From positions 57,908,001 to 57,972,000 of the forward strand of contig CM060731.1 of the NCBI GenBank assembly GCA_030704615.1: DNA of 64,000 bases, read 5' to 3'. The DNA comes from Takakia lepidozioides (Eukaryota > Plantae > Bryophyta). Below, piece after piece: positions 13,448 to 24,847 of the stretch (within the stretch, counting starts at the first letter, position 1; each line of letters opens with the position of its first letter). The notes under the pieces are model-generated. The model was not told the DNA's origin and searched no databases. It saw only the letters and a program-made list of their open reading frames with translations. The position numbers and the translations under genes are program-made.

Positions 13448-13838
13448 GAGCGTAGCTACGGCGTGAGCCCAGCCCCGTGAGCCTGGGAGCTGAGCTCACG
13501 TTCAAGCTACAAAGCGTGAGCGGCACGAATCTGCTGGAGAAGAAGGTCCTATAGGCGAGGATTGCAGGAAGAGGGCCTATTACCGTGGACAAAACAAACG
13601 GGGCCAACACACACCATGTGTGCAATGCCCGCTCAAAAACAGAAATATGAAAACATGGCAGATTTGAGCTCAGAATGATTGTCACAGTTTATTTCAATTC
13701 ACAGATAGACGCTTACAATGAATTGCATGTGCATTTGCCCTGGTTCCGTAAACGAAATCCATATGTTTGTTAGAAATGCAAAGTCTTCACACGGCAACCT
13801 GCAAACCAGCATGGGAAGCGGGCATGGCTCGTATGTGT

Positions 13839-16800
13839 TCAAAGAGAAGTTGGCGGAGCTCCACGCGAGGTGTCCCGCTGTAGAAGGGTGTTCACTTCTC
13901 CATAGCCTAGTGTGGCTTGGTGGATGAATTGGTCTCTCTTACCGTCGCAACACATAATCACAAGGTATATGTAATATTGATGCTTGCAGGGGACCCACTT
14001 CCCTCTCATGCCGAGAGCGCCCTCACGCATCGTTACAAAGTCCGGACAAGTGCACGAAGGGAAATTCCCGACGGTAACCTGATATTCTTTGCCATGAAGA
14101 ACTGACCCAATTGACAGCACTGTGTAAATCCGTCCATACCCCGGAGAAGGGACTTCGGTGATACGAGACACCCGAGCCTGCAAAATTCTAGCAGATTCCA
14201 TCTTGCATTCGTGATCTGCACCCGAAGCGAAACGGTGCACTGTTTTTCCATCTCTTTTTGTTGGGTGGGAGTCGGCACCGGGTGGCGGCATTGCCGGAGC
14301 ATGTGGCACATCTGTGCCGACAGTGCATGAGGGCACCACCCGGGACCGTGCAAGACAGAACCCTCCCTCCTCCAGCATGCTTATCTCGGTTGATGACAAC
14401 GACGTCCCAATTTGCACAGGCCAAATTGCGGGGGGAGGGGGTTTCATTATCACCGAAGGACGAACTGTTCCCTTCACGCATCGTGCCATATCGTCTGGGC
14501 AGAACCAAAATTTGTGGTCCTTTGACTCCCCACTATGATAAGGTCGGAACAACCCTGTGAATGTTGGAGCTGGAGTCCCCCTGGAGCCTTTGCATATCTT
14601 TGATTTGCATTTCTTGAATGAGGGGGTCCGAATTGCCATGCAAGCCACTCTAGATCCTGGTGGGGTGCGTTCTATATGCCACTCACTATCAATGCAATCG
14701 GATTCCTGCACCATGGCCACCGCCTCCTCCAATGGGATTCCCGCTGCTGTGCTTGTATGTTCTGCACCTGCTCCACTGGAGGAGGACCCACCTGGGAAGA
14801 GGCGGGCACACGACTCAGTCTGCAGTGGAGACACCTTTGGCACAGAGAAATTGACCCTGTCTGGCCGATGGGAATCTCCATCTGACCCTGGAAGAGTGTT
14901 CAATTTCCTTTTGCATGATCCAAATCTTTCCTCGCCTTCCAAATGGGGGATCCTGGATTGTAGAGCGGACCCTTCAGTGCATCTGTTTAGAGCTCTGGCC
15001 ATCTTTGACGGGACTCCGGACCTACTCGCAGCCCTTAGCATCAACAAAGTCGTATCAGGGCCCTTGCCTCTACCCCGTCCCATCAGAAAATTGCGGTACC
15101 TGGTTTGTTGTGTAAGTGCACGCACCATGTCATCAGCAGTGGCCACATACAAGTCACGACCTGCTTTGGTAGACTGCTGCATCCAGGCGTTGTGAACAGT
15201 CTCCGCCAAATTACAGGATGGCATGTCGGCCAAGTCCTCCAAGGACATGTCCTGCAGGAGGCATTGCATGGATATGTGAGGAACGAAAACAAATGGTAGA
15301 GGTTCTTCAAGTGACAATCGAAGAACCCCAAATGAACAGGCACGATGCAAAATTTCTGTTTTTGGGATTGAAGAGGCTTACCGTCGTCATGAAAGCTCCC
15401 CACTGTCTGTACCTGAAGTGCCAGAAAACCAACCAGTCCTCCAACTCCTTTACGTGGGTACCTGTTGCAGCACCAGAGGAGAACCACCAAGCCCGGATTG
15501 CCTGGTAAGTGCTCTCAGCTTCTCCCATTGAGGTGGCATTCTTGTACTTGAGACAGAGCCTTCTGTGCTCCAACTGCAGGTCAGGGCGAATGCAGCGCTT
15601 TGTATGACGTGCCAGAGATTGAGTCCAATGGAAGAGGCATGTGCGCTCCCTATTTTCCATTGGGACCTTAGGATCCCCCGAACCAAACACGCGTCGCACT
15701 GCATTGAAATTTGCCTGTGCACTATCAGCCATGAAGCCCGCAAAATTTGTGTTTTGTATTCCATTGCGCTGCATGACGGCCAAGAGCGAATTCCACATGA
15801 GCATTTGGGATTCAGTGTCCTCCGACTGCATATCACAAATTGCTATGGAGAGCACACGCTGGTACGCCGGATCATACACATGGCACGCCATGGTTGTCCA
15901 ACCCTTCACCCGTTTGCAGTGATCAAACATTAACCAACATTTAGCCAAATCTCCTCCTGGTTGCATACGGCGGACAATGCTCACACCACTGCCTTCGCCC
16001 ACAGCGGACATCTTGAACAAATACACCTTGGACGAGCCCTGGCCAGGGAAGATACTGTTTTGAATGAATTCATAGCGACTCCTCCGTTTCAGGTCCATAA
16101 TGTTGTCCATGAATCCAGCAGTGCCTGTGCCCATTCTGAGTGCATTCACCTGGTTTCGAATATTGGGAGAGCTCAACACGGAGAAATGGTCCATGACTGC
16201 ATTAAGCGAATCTGCATCCAGCATAAGTTCTGTCGCATCCCCTTCACCCAGTATGTGTTTCTCCAGGAATGCCTTGCTAGCTGCAAGCGCTATAGCAGAA
16301 GGTGTTGCACAAGGGGCATTGTGGAACTCCTGCTTCAGCAGATTTCTAGCGATGTCCACGCTATCCCTGCAACTTCCTTTGGACACAGGATGCTCGTGTG
16401 CACCCATATGAATGCAGGCACGAGTCATTGTCTTGCATCGGTGTGCCACCTGATACATACGAGCGTGGCACACAGAAACACAGGACGGGGAAAGTTTGCA
16501 GAACCTGCACACGAAAGTATTGGTCCTGGGAGGGGCAAGCCCTGGGGTGAAAGGATTCAGGGGCACACCTTCCCACTCACTTTCGTTTGGTTGAGCGCTG
16601 TTTCTCAGGCGAGGGCAAGAAATATTCTGGCACTTACAATGCCCAACGCAGACTGACCTCCGAAATTTCAAGCCAATGTCGTTATGGATGTTCGACGTTT
16701 TTGTCCTGCACCAAGGATGTCCGTCATGTTTCTTGTCCATGCCCTGTAAAAGCCCAGCCAGTCCAGTGGAAGAGGTGGGAGGGTTGAGCTCAAACAGGAT

Positions 16801-17402
16801 GTCCCCATCAAACTGTGCTGGCACGTATTGAACCCGTTGCACAGGAAGGGACTCCCAATCAACAAAACGCAGCTCGCTCTTGCACCCAGGCACACCTGCG
16901 AGGGCTTTCAATTTTGGAATGACACTCGTTATCTCTTGCAATTCGTCATCATCCAATGACGGAGTCTGCACTGGCGGAGGAATCTCAGAAACATCCTCCG
17001 AGGACGAGTCTGAAAGAGTCACGAAGGTAGTGGATGTGCTCACCTCTTGTTTCACAGGAACTGTGCCTTTCTGTTGCACGACCGATGCTGCAGTGCCAGG
17101 GGTAACGACCGATCCTGCTGATTGTCTTCTCTCTTTTCCAAGGACACGGTATGTGCCTGGAAGGACTCTCCACTTCCTTCCACACTTGCCAACCAATGGT
17201 TTCTCCAAGTGCCCAGAATCCAAATTCCCATCCTCGTCATACACCTCTTTTTGAACAAGGAGAAACCCAACTCCAGCGGGAACACTGTAACCAGCTCATC
17301 CTCATGAACAACTGCAAACCCATCGTCGTCTGCAGTGGCAGTCAGTGGAAGAGTACCTGCATTGGAATGGAATCGAGCAAGTGTATCTCGCTCCCTCGAC
17401 AT
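13839..17402 (-). CDS. MULE transposase (~1145 aa): GCM-like Zn DNA-binding domain, DDE core, SWIM finger; exons 17402-15382 (1-nt frameshift ~17250) and 15251-13839
   Basis: DGHPWCRTKTSN...RRSVCVGHCKC...CRFC...CHARMY...HMGAHEHP (GCM/WRKY-like); WLMFDH, FMADSAQAN, RTCLFHW (CxxH), CNLAETVHN (E); CTCPDF...PCKH (SWIM); GT-AG intron 15381-15252 joins the two ORFs in frame. Confidence 0.88.
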
Positions 17403-18347
17403 GTTTTCCCTCACTGAACGAAAGTTGCGGAATCCTCGAACTGATAGCCCGCAATTACCGAAAGGGGAATTAAGACAAGCAAACCGAGGTCAACAAGGGT
17501 AGCTCCAATCCAAAGGTTGCAGTGATGCATGCAAAGGATGTAGGGATGAGATGCACCTTCACTTCGGAAACAGCAACGCCAAGAGGCACTAACCAGAAAA
17601 ACTGTTTTCAAATACTACAAGAAGCCGTGCTGTTTATGGATGAAACAAACACTGAAAACGACATGAAACCATCCATTATGAAAAGACGACAACAACCCTG
17701 GAGAGCAGTAAACAGGAAGACCACAAATGTCATGAGGTTGTGCTGTGCCAGAAGAGCACAGCACAAACACTGACACTGCAGAAGATACCTCGCACGAATG
17801 CGTGCCAGACATGGTCGTATCCGACAGAACCCTTTATGCCGAATGACCCCATGGCGACGGTAACGGTAAAATGCAAACCACAGGGTAGGCAGTACAACAC
17901 ACGTGGATGCATATGTGAAGCATAACAATTATTGCGGATCTGCAAGAACTGCTCGAAAATGAACTAGCATTAGATTTCTACGGCACATCCGAATTTGAAA
18001 GAAAGCAAGAAGGCCGCGGTGTATTGGCAGGCGGCGCAGTACATCTGACATATATCGCTAGTGCATGCAACGGATGTACTTTTTTTCTAGCGCTTTATTG
18101 CTTGGATAATACGGAGACGACGGAATGGATGAATTCCGTTCGCACACAATAACAACACCCGCATCCAAATATGGTTGACAACGTCCAATTTCGATTTTGG
18201 TTACATGCCATAGCAGCACTTGTTACAAACGTCAAATTGGAGAGCTCTAGAGGCATCGTGGGGAGCCCTTGTTTCCAGCGGAGGAGGAAGAGAAGGAAGT
18301 CACTATACTTCACGAGCTCTAGAAACAGGAATAGAGCCAGAGATAGA

Positions 18348-21300
18348 ATGAGGATGGAAAGAGTGGACGAAGAGGAAAAGGAGGTAGAAGAGGGAGTAGA
18401 GGAAAGTGTGGCGATGGAGGAGCAGGAATCAGCAGAAGAACAACAGCCCGCCATAGTTCCAAGGACAGATGAAGATGACACCGCATCTGAGGGAGAGACA
18501 GACGAGATGGAAGAAGATGTTGAAGGTGGCCTCACAAGGAGTCTGCCTGCGGGAAAGAGGAAGGGGGAGAGGCTCACGTACACGCTCGGCGCAGAGAGCA
18601 GCCCGAAGCGCAAAGGGTCCCCGGCAATTGGGGAGTCTTCTGGAGCAGCCAAGAAAAAGGTGAAATCTTTAAGACCCACATTTGTGTTTCGTTGCTGATA
18701 TGAATATAGCCCACACAGGACATCTGCACCAGGCTGAAAGCACCGCAAACTGGAAGCCCAAACAGTGTGCGGCAACGCACACTGTTTGGGCCTACCAATT
18801 TGCTTGATTGTTCAGGTGCGAAACGCCCAAACTAAGGCACTACAGCAGGTTCAATACAACCCAAATTGCAAGCTCAATCAGTGTCAGTTGAGCTGAACAT
18901 TTCACTGCTGTTTCCGTCTGGATATCGGTTTTCCAGGATATGTATGTCAGGACGACAGAACCCTTCAGTGGCAGCTCAAACAGTGTGCGTTGGCGCACAC
19001 TGTTTGAGCTGAACATATAAGTGTTTTTTCCGATTGAAATTCGGACTTCCAGGGCAGGTTTATGATGATGAAATAACCATTCAGTGGCAGTTCAAACAGT
19101 GTGCGTTGGCGCACACTGTTTGAGCTGAACATGTAAGTGTTTTTTCCGATTGAAATTCGGCATTAGGGCACGTTTCTGAGGATGAAATAACCATTCAGTG
19201 GCAGCTCAAACAGTGTGCGTTGGCGCACACTGTTTGAGCTGTACATGTCACTATTTTTTTGGTGTTAAATTCGGACTTCCAGGGCAGGTTTATGATGATG
19301 ACATAACCATTCAGTGGCAGCTCAAACAGTGTGCGTTGGCGCACACTGTTTGAGCTGAACATATAAGTGTTTTTTCCGATTGAAATTCGGCATTTAGGGC
19401 ACGTTTCTGAGGATGAAATAACCATTCAGTGGCAGTTCAAAAAGTGTGCGTTGGCGCACACTGCTTGAGCTGTACATGTCACTATTTTTTTGGTGTTAAA
19501 TTCGGACTTCCAGGGCAGGTTTATGATGATGAAATAACCATTCAGTGGCAGCTCAAACAGTGTGCGTTGGCGCACACTGTTTGAGCTGAACATGTAAGTA
19601 TTTTTTCCGATTGAAATTCGGACTTCCAGGGCAGGTTTATGATGATGAAATAACCATTCAGTGGCAGCTCAAATAGTGTGCGTTGGCGCACACTGTTTGA
19701 GCTGAACATGTAAGTGTTTTTTCCGATTGAAATTCGGACTTCCAGGGCAGGTTTATGATGATGAAATAACCATTCAGTGGCAGCTCAAACAGTGTGCGTT
19801 GGTGCACACTGTTTGAGCTGAACATGTAAGTGTTTTTTCCGATTGAAATTCGGCATTAGGGCACGTTTCTGAGGATGAAATAACCATTCAGTGGCAGCTC
19901 AAACAGTGTGCGTTGGCGCACACTGTTTGAGCTATACATGTCACTATTTTTTTGGTGTTAAATTCGGACTTCCAGGGCAGGTTTATGATGATGAAATAAC
20001 CATTCAGTGGCAGCTCAAACAGTGTGCGTTGGTGCACACTGTTTGAGCTGAACATGTAAGTGTTTTTTCCGATTGAAATTCGGCATTAGGGCACGTTTCT
20101 GAGGATGAAATAACCATTCAGTGGCAGCTCAAACAGTGTGCGTTGGCGCACACTGTTTGAGCTATACATGTCACTATTTTTTTGGTGTTAAATTCGGACT
20201 TCCAGGGCAGGTTTATGATGATGAAATAACCATTCAGTGGCAGCTCAAACAGTGTGCGTTGGCGCACACTGTTTGAGCTGAACATGTAAGTGTTTTTTCC
20301 GATTGAAATTCGGCATTTAGGGCACGTTTCTGAGGATGAAATAATCCCTCAGTGGCAGCTCAAACAGTGTGCGTCAACGCACACTGTTTGAGCTGTACAT
20401 GTCACACTGTTCGAACTCACCTTTTCACTTTTTTCATCCAAAATCGGCCGCATATCTTGGAGTTTACAATGAACACTTACCTGGCACAAGTAGATGTTCA
20501 ATGATCATTTACATGGCAAGTGAAACAGTGTGCGTCAACGCACACTGTTTGAGCCCACTTTTACATTGTCTTTTTCTGTGGAATTCGGCAACATATGACA
20601 TGTCTGTGAGGGTCAATGTACACTTACCTGGCAGCTTAAAATAGTGTGCGTCAACGCACACTCTTTGAGCCCACTTTTTCATGCCTCAGCCGACGTTTCA
20701 TGCCTCTCTAATATCAAGTTGAATGAACAACCCTGCAGGAGAAGATGCAAAGTGTGGCAGATGAGGTCCCTTCGGGTCAGGAGAAGGAGATAATTGTTGA
20801 TGTGGACGATGAGTTCTATGAAAGCAAAGCCACTGAGATGCTGGGGGGTTAGAAGGTAAACTCTCAGCTTGTGGTGCAAAGTATGCTTGCCCCGGGTGGG
20901 AGGTTGAAGATTCCCCTGTGTAGGTTGGTTTCCATGCCCGTCGTTCGTACACCCCTCGTCAAGGACATTCTCAAGCTGGAGGCCGAGTTTGTGCATGGGT
21001 ATTTGGATGGATCCGCAGTCTTTTACGTTTCTACTAGGGATTCCAAAGGTAATGAGCTCCTCGTGGATCAGTCAATCGTGGACTCCTGGGACCCCATTTG
21101 GAGACAGCTGAACGAATCCTTCGAACTTCTTCTCTCCAGGAAACCTTCCACCCAGGCATTCTCGGGAAAGATGTTTCACGTTTGGGATGGGAACCACCGC
21201 TTGCTTGCATGGATGGCTGTCATTGGGAGGCTGCACTCACAGGAGGAAGAGTGGCATTACTCTGTTCGATCGATGGTGCTGGATTGTGACGGGAACATGA

Positions 21301-24300
21301 TGGGTCTTCTGACGGCAATGAATGATGTGAACAGGTTGGTTTCTCATTCTACATGTTCCACTTGTGGTTCCGTTCTTCTTTGATTGAAGACCTTGAATTT
21401 CATTCTGACTTACAGATATCATTCTGCAGAGGAACGGAGACATCGCATGTCAAAACGAATTTGGTTCACACACTGTATAGGATACAAAGGATAGGGCAGA
21501 TGCCCTTGACCAACTTCAAGACCATATTTTCAGCGGAGATGTACAAGAAGTGCGAAAGCTCCAAGACATCGGAAACGTGGTATTCGTTGACCCGTGAGGC
21601 TTTCATGGAGTACATGTACACGGTGAGATACATCTTCCTTCATTTGGTCTTCCATATTCCACATGTTTGTTTCTGTTTGTTTCCCTTGACCTTGTGCTGA
21701 TGCAACTCTCTTGCATTCCCTTGCAGCAAGACATTGCAGATGCAGGGGAGCGTGGCAAACTGGAATACTACAGCTCTACCCCTGAGGAGAGAAGGACAGC
21801 AAAGGGGGTTGAGAGTCGCATCCAGAAAGAGATGACCGCTACAAGAAGGACTATAATGAGTGCTTTCGTGAAGCAGTTGAGAATTGCCGACCCATCATTC
21901 GGACCGCAGTTTCTCCTGGAGATAAAAAACCATTATAACAAGCCAGGCAAGCCAGAAATGGCCTAGGAGAAGTTGCACAGGTTGTCTACCGCCGTTGTGT
22001 CTCCAGAACAAAAGGTGAAGTGGCTGCAGATATGGAACTCCGATCCCACAGTTAGGGATACCCACATGTTCCCAAGGCCGGAGAAAGAGAAGAAGACCCA
22101 GCGTGTCATTCCTGTCAGTGACAATGTGCTGGACACCTGGCTTCACAAGGCCACTTACTGGAGCCAGGTGTGATGTCCTTCCCTGTGTCACTGTCTTTTC
22201 TCTTTTCCTGTCCTTATCTTTCTATTGCCTCTTACATTCGCTGTGATTGCTTTTGGGTTCATTCTTGCATTTGTATTGTTTTGCAGTTGGAAGAAAGGGC
22301 CAGATCGGTTCTGCATACTCAGCTGGCTGACTATGGCATCAGTATGATAGCACCGAAGGTGTCCTTCGAAGCATACATGAGGAAATGGAGAGCCACAGTG
22401 TGGCACTCTTGTTTCTTTAGAGAGTTCAGCAAGGAGGGTGGCATCAGTCGAACAAATGAGCTGGACCAGCAAGAAAAAGGAGAGGAAGCCTGGAAACGAT
22501 GCCTTTACAGGTGCACACTCTTGCACTACTTATTTGTGTTGTGGTTGCAATGTGTTGTGTGGCATACTGTTGAAGGGGGTCTTCCTGGTGTGATGGAAAA
22601 GTTGCCACACAATATTTCCATTGTAAAATGAGGCTGTCTCTGTTGCTGCAGGTACATAAAGTTTGTTCTCCTGGAAGAGAATTGCCTGGACAAACATCCA
22701 GATTTCGTGGACCTGTGGCTTGTCCCTGTTGGCAACCAGACCATGTTTACTACTGGGATCTTGCATGACTGGGGCCCAGACCATCTTTCTTCTTGTGGTT
22801 GGTATTTGGATTGCCCTCCTTCTGAGACCCCAGCTCCAGAGGTGTTTTGAGGAGAGAGAATGACCGTATTGCAGCCACTGCCGCAGCAGCCGACCTCGAC
22901 ATTCATGAACGAAATTTGAGGACTCTTGCAGAGAAGGAGCCTCCCGCTCATGATACCCCAGGTAGAGGAAGAAAGGCAAAGGGAAAAGATGTTGCTGGTG
23001 TTGTGGGGAAGGGAAGGGGTAGAGGGAAGGTGGCACAAGGGCAGGGAAGTGTTGCAGATATTGGCCCTGTGGAGGATGTCCAGCAGACTCCACCGCATGG
23101 TAGGGGATCCGGGAGAAAAAACAAGGAGGTGGTTGATCCCAAGGACCCGTACCATGCAGTGGAACATCCCACGAGGGTCATTCGCCCAACCAGGTTGGAG
23201 ATGGCCAACGTCGGGTTCCTTGCCATGATGGAGTCGAAGAAATCTGATTACAAGGGCGAGCCATCACCAGTGTGGGACAGGATTGTGCAGTTCCTCATCA
23301 CGGTGCGTGTTCTCTTTGGCTTCTGTGGCTTCTGTTGTTTTTGTCTGCTGTGGGCATGGATCGTTTCTAAACTTGTGAGAATTCCATTGTATTTTGTTTG
23401 CAGGCTAAAATGACCAAATCCTGGGTGAACGGGAAGGAGAAGCCATATGCAGCCGAACTCATCATCTTGGACATCCCTGATGGGTTGGCAGTCCCGGATA
23501 TTTCTCCATCGGGTGCTTGTCCGGGTTGGAATGCTTTTGATGAGCGCTACTGGCGGTGGGTTTTCTCCTTTTGCAACTTCTTCTTGTCCGATGCAGGTGT
23601 TTTGGTGCTCATCCAGTCCATCAACAGTCGGTGTCGCCATGCACTTTCCAGCTATTTGAAAGCCTCGGGCATGAGAGTCGTGAAGACATGGAATTGTGTG
23701 AACAGCATGTACCTTACGAAGGGGGATCGTCCGGGAGAGATGGTGAGTTTGCCTTCTTCTTCCTCTTCTTGGTTGTTCTCGGATGGGGTTGTATAGGTCG
23801 CTCGAACTCATATGTAGGGGCCCGATTTTTTTTTGCTTCTTAGTTCCTTGTGGATGTCATGTTCGCAGACTTGTCTGTTTGAAGCTGTTTGTCTCGTCCG
23901 GGTGCATCCACAAACGACTCCGGCCGGCATTACCGAGTTTGCCATCACTCATGGGGCCAAGTTCATAGATGACAGGACAGATCCCCCCACGATGCATCAC
24001 AACTCAACTACGTCGACAGCAACGTGTGCTTGCGAAGGGGGAATGGGGTTCCTTGGAGAGGGGCGAGGGAGAGGAGCCCGGCTTTCATTCAAACGATTGT
24101 GGAGTGCTGCACCTACACAGACGCCAGAGTTCTAGATTTGTCGATGGGCACAGGTTCATCTCTTCAACATTCACATTTCATGAGGTTTGATTGAGCTTGC
24201 ACTTTCAGCACTTCCCACCGTTCCGAATGTGTCTTCAATGTCTTCTTCATTCATTCTATTCCACTGCAGGTGCTTCTTACCACGCTTGCAAGGCCAGTGC

Positions 24301-24847
24301 GCGACATCTCTTTGGGATTGAAGGGGATGCTGAGATTTACAAGAACCTCCTGATGGGTTTGGGTGGACACACTTCTCAAGTCCTTCCGAAGCCCCGTCCC
24401 GTTGATACTGATACAGAGGAGACTTCTGACAAGGAGCTGGACTCCGACTTTGCCTGTGAGTAAGTTCAACCTGTGCATGCTTTCATTGTTGTTTCAATAT
24501 CGAGAATCGCTGTTCTTGAGGCAAAGTGCACATGGGAGACATCCTCTTTGTTGGACTTGTGCATTGCATCATTGTGTTAAAAATGGGGTTTTGTGGACAT
24601 GTGCAGGAGTCCGCGTGCTTCCACTTGCCCTCCAGGGCTATCACACCTATTTGGACTTGTTTGCAGTCCTCCTCGGTCTTGCGTGCTACCTGTCTATGCG
24701 GAGGCACTCGCAGCAAGCATGTCCGTTCATGGCACTCCGAGTCCACCTTACGACGGCCTTCGTAGAACACGTGGTGTTGGGGCCAGAATCTTTGTAGATG
24801 ACATAGCACAGGAGGTGGACACTGATTGTGATGACTGCGACACTTGA
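18348..24847 (+). pseudogene. ParB/Srx-domain plus beta-class N6A/N4C DNA methyltransferase fusion gene, 10 exons: 18348-18659, 20739-21334, 21430-21622, 21727-22167, 22287-22510, 22652-23302, 23404-23742, 23869-24153, 24270-24459, 24607-24847
   Basis: All introns GT-AG and phase-compatible; FHVWDGNHRLLAW (ParB-like); ELIILDIPDG (motif IV-like) precedes PWRGARERSP and VLDLSMGTGASYHACKASARHLFGIEGDAEIY (motif I-II). Lesions: TAG at 20850 and 21964; 1-nt frameshifts at ~22845 and ~23985. Start codon uncertain. Confidence 0.8.
18756..20671. repeat. Tandem array of 13 x 114-116 bp units, each with a 40-bp palindrome, plus about 3 diverged flanking palindromes; lies in intron 1 of the ParB-MTase gene
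   Basis: Consensus CAGCTCAAACAGTGTGCG-ttgg-CGCACACTGTTTGAGCTG (some copies with single substitutions) starting at 18972, 19088, 19202, 19318, 19433, 19549, 19665, 19781, 19895, 20011, 20125, 20241, 20356; variants at 18756, ~20520, ~20632. Confidence 0.97.

Noticed and set aside
14033-17417. Many overlapping short ORFs in other frames
   Set aside because: Shadows of the GC-rich transposase; no independent motifs.
18972-20395. CRISPR array
   Set aside because: Spacers are recurring variants rather than unique sequences, no cas genes are present, and the array lies in a spliceosomal intron.
20850-21966. TAG stops rescued by U-to-C RNA editing
   Set aside because: Such editing is known for organellar transcripts; C-to-T decay is the simpler explanation for a nuclear gene.
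18348-24847. Bacterial contamination or prophage as the source of the ParB-MTase
   Set aside because: The gene has nine GT-AG introns and sits in a TSD-bounded element inside a plant retrotransposon.
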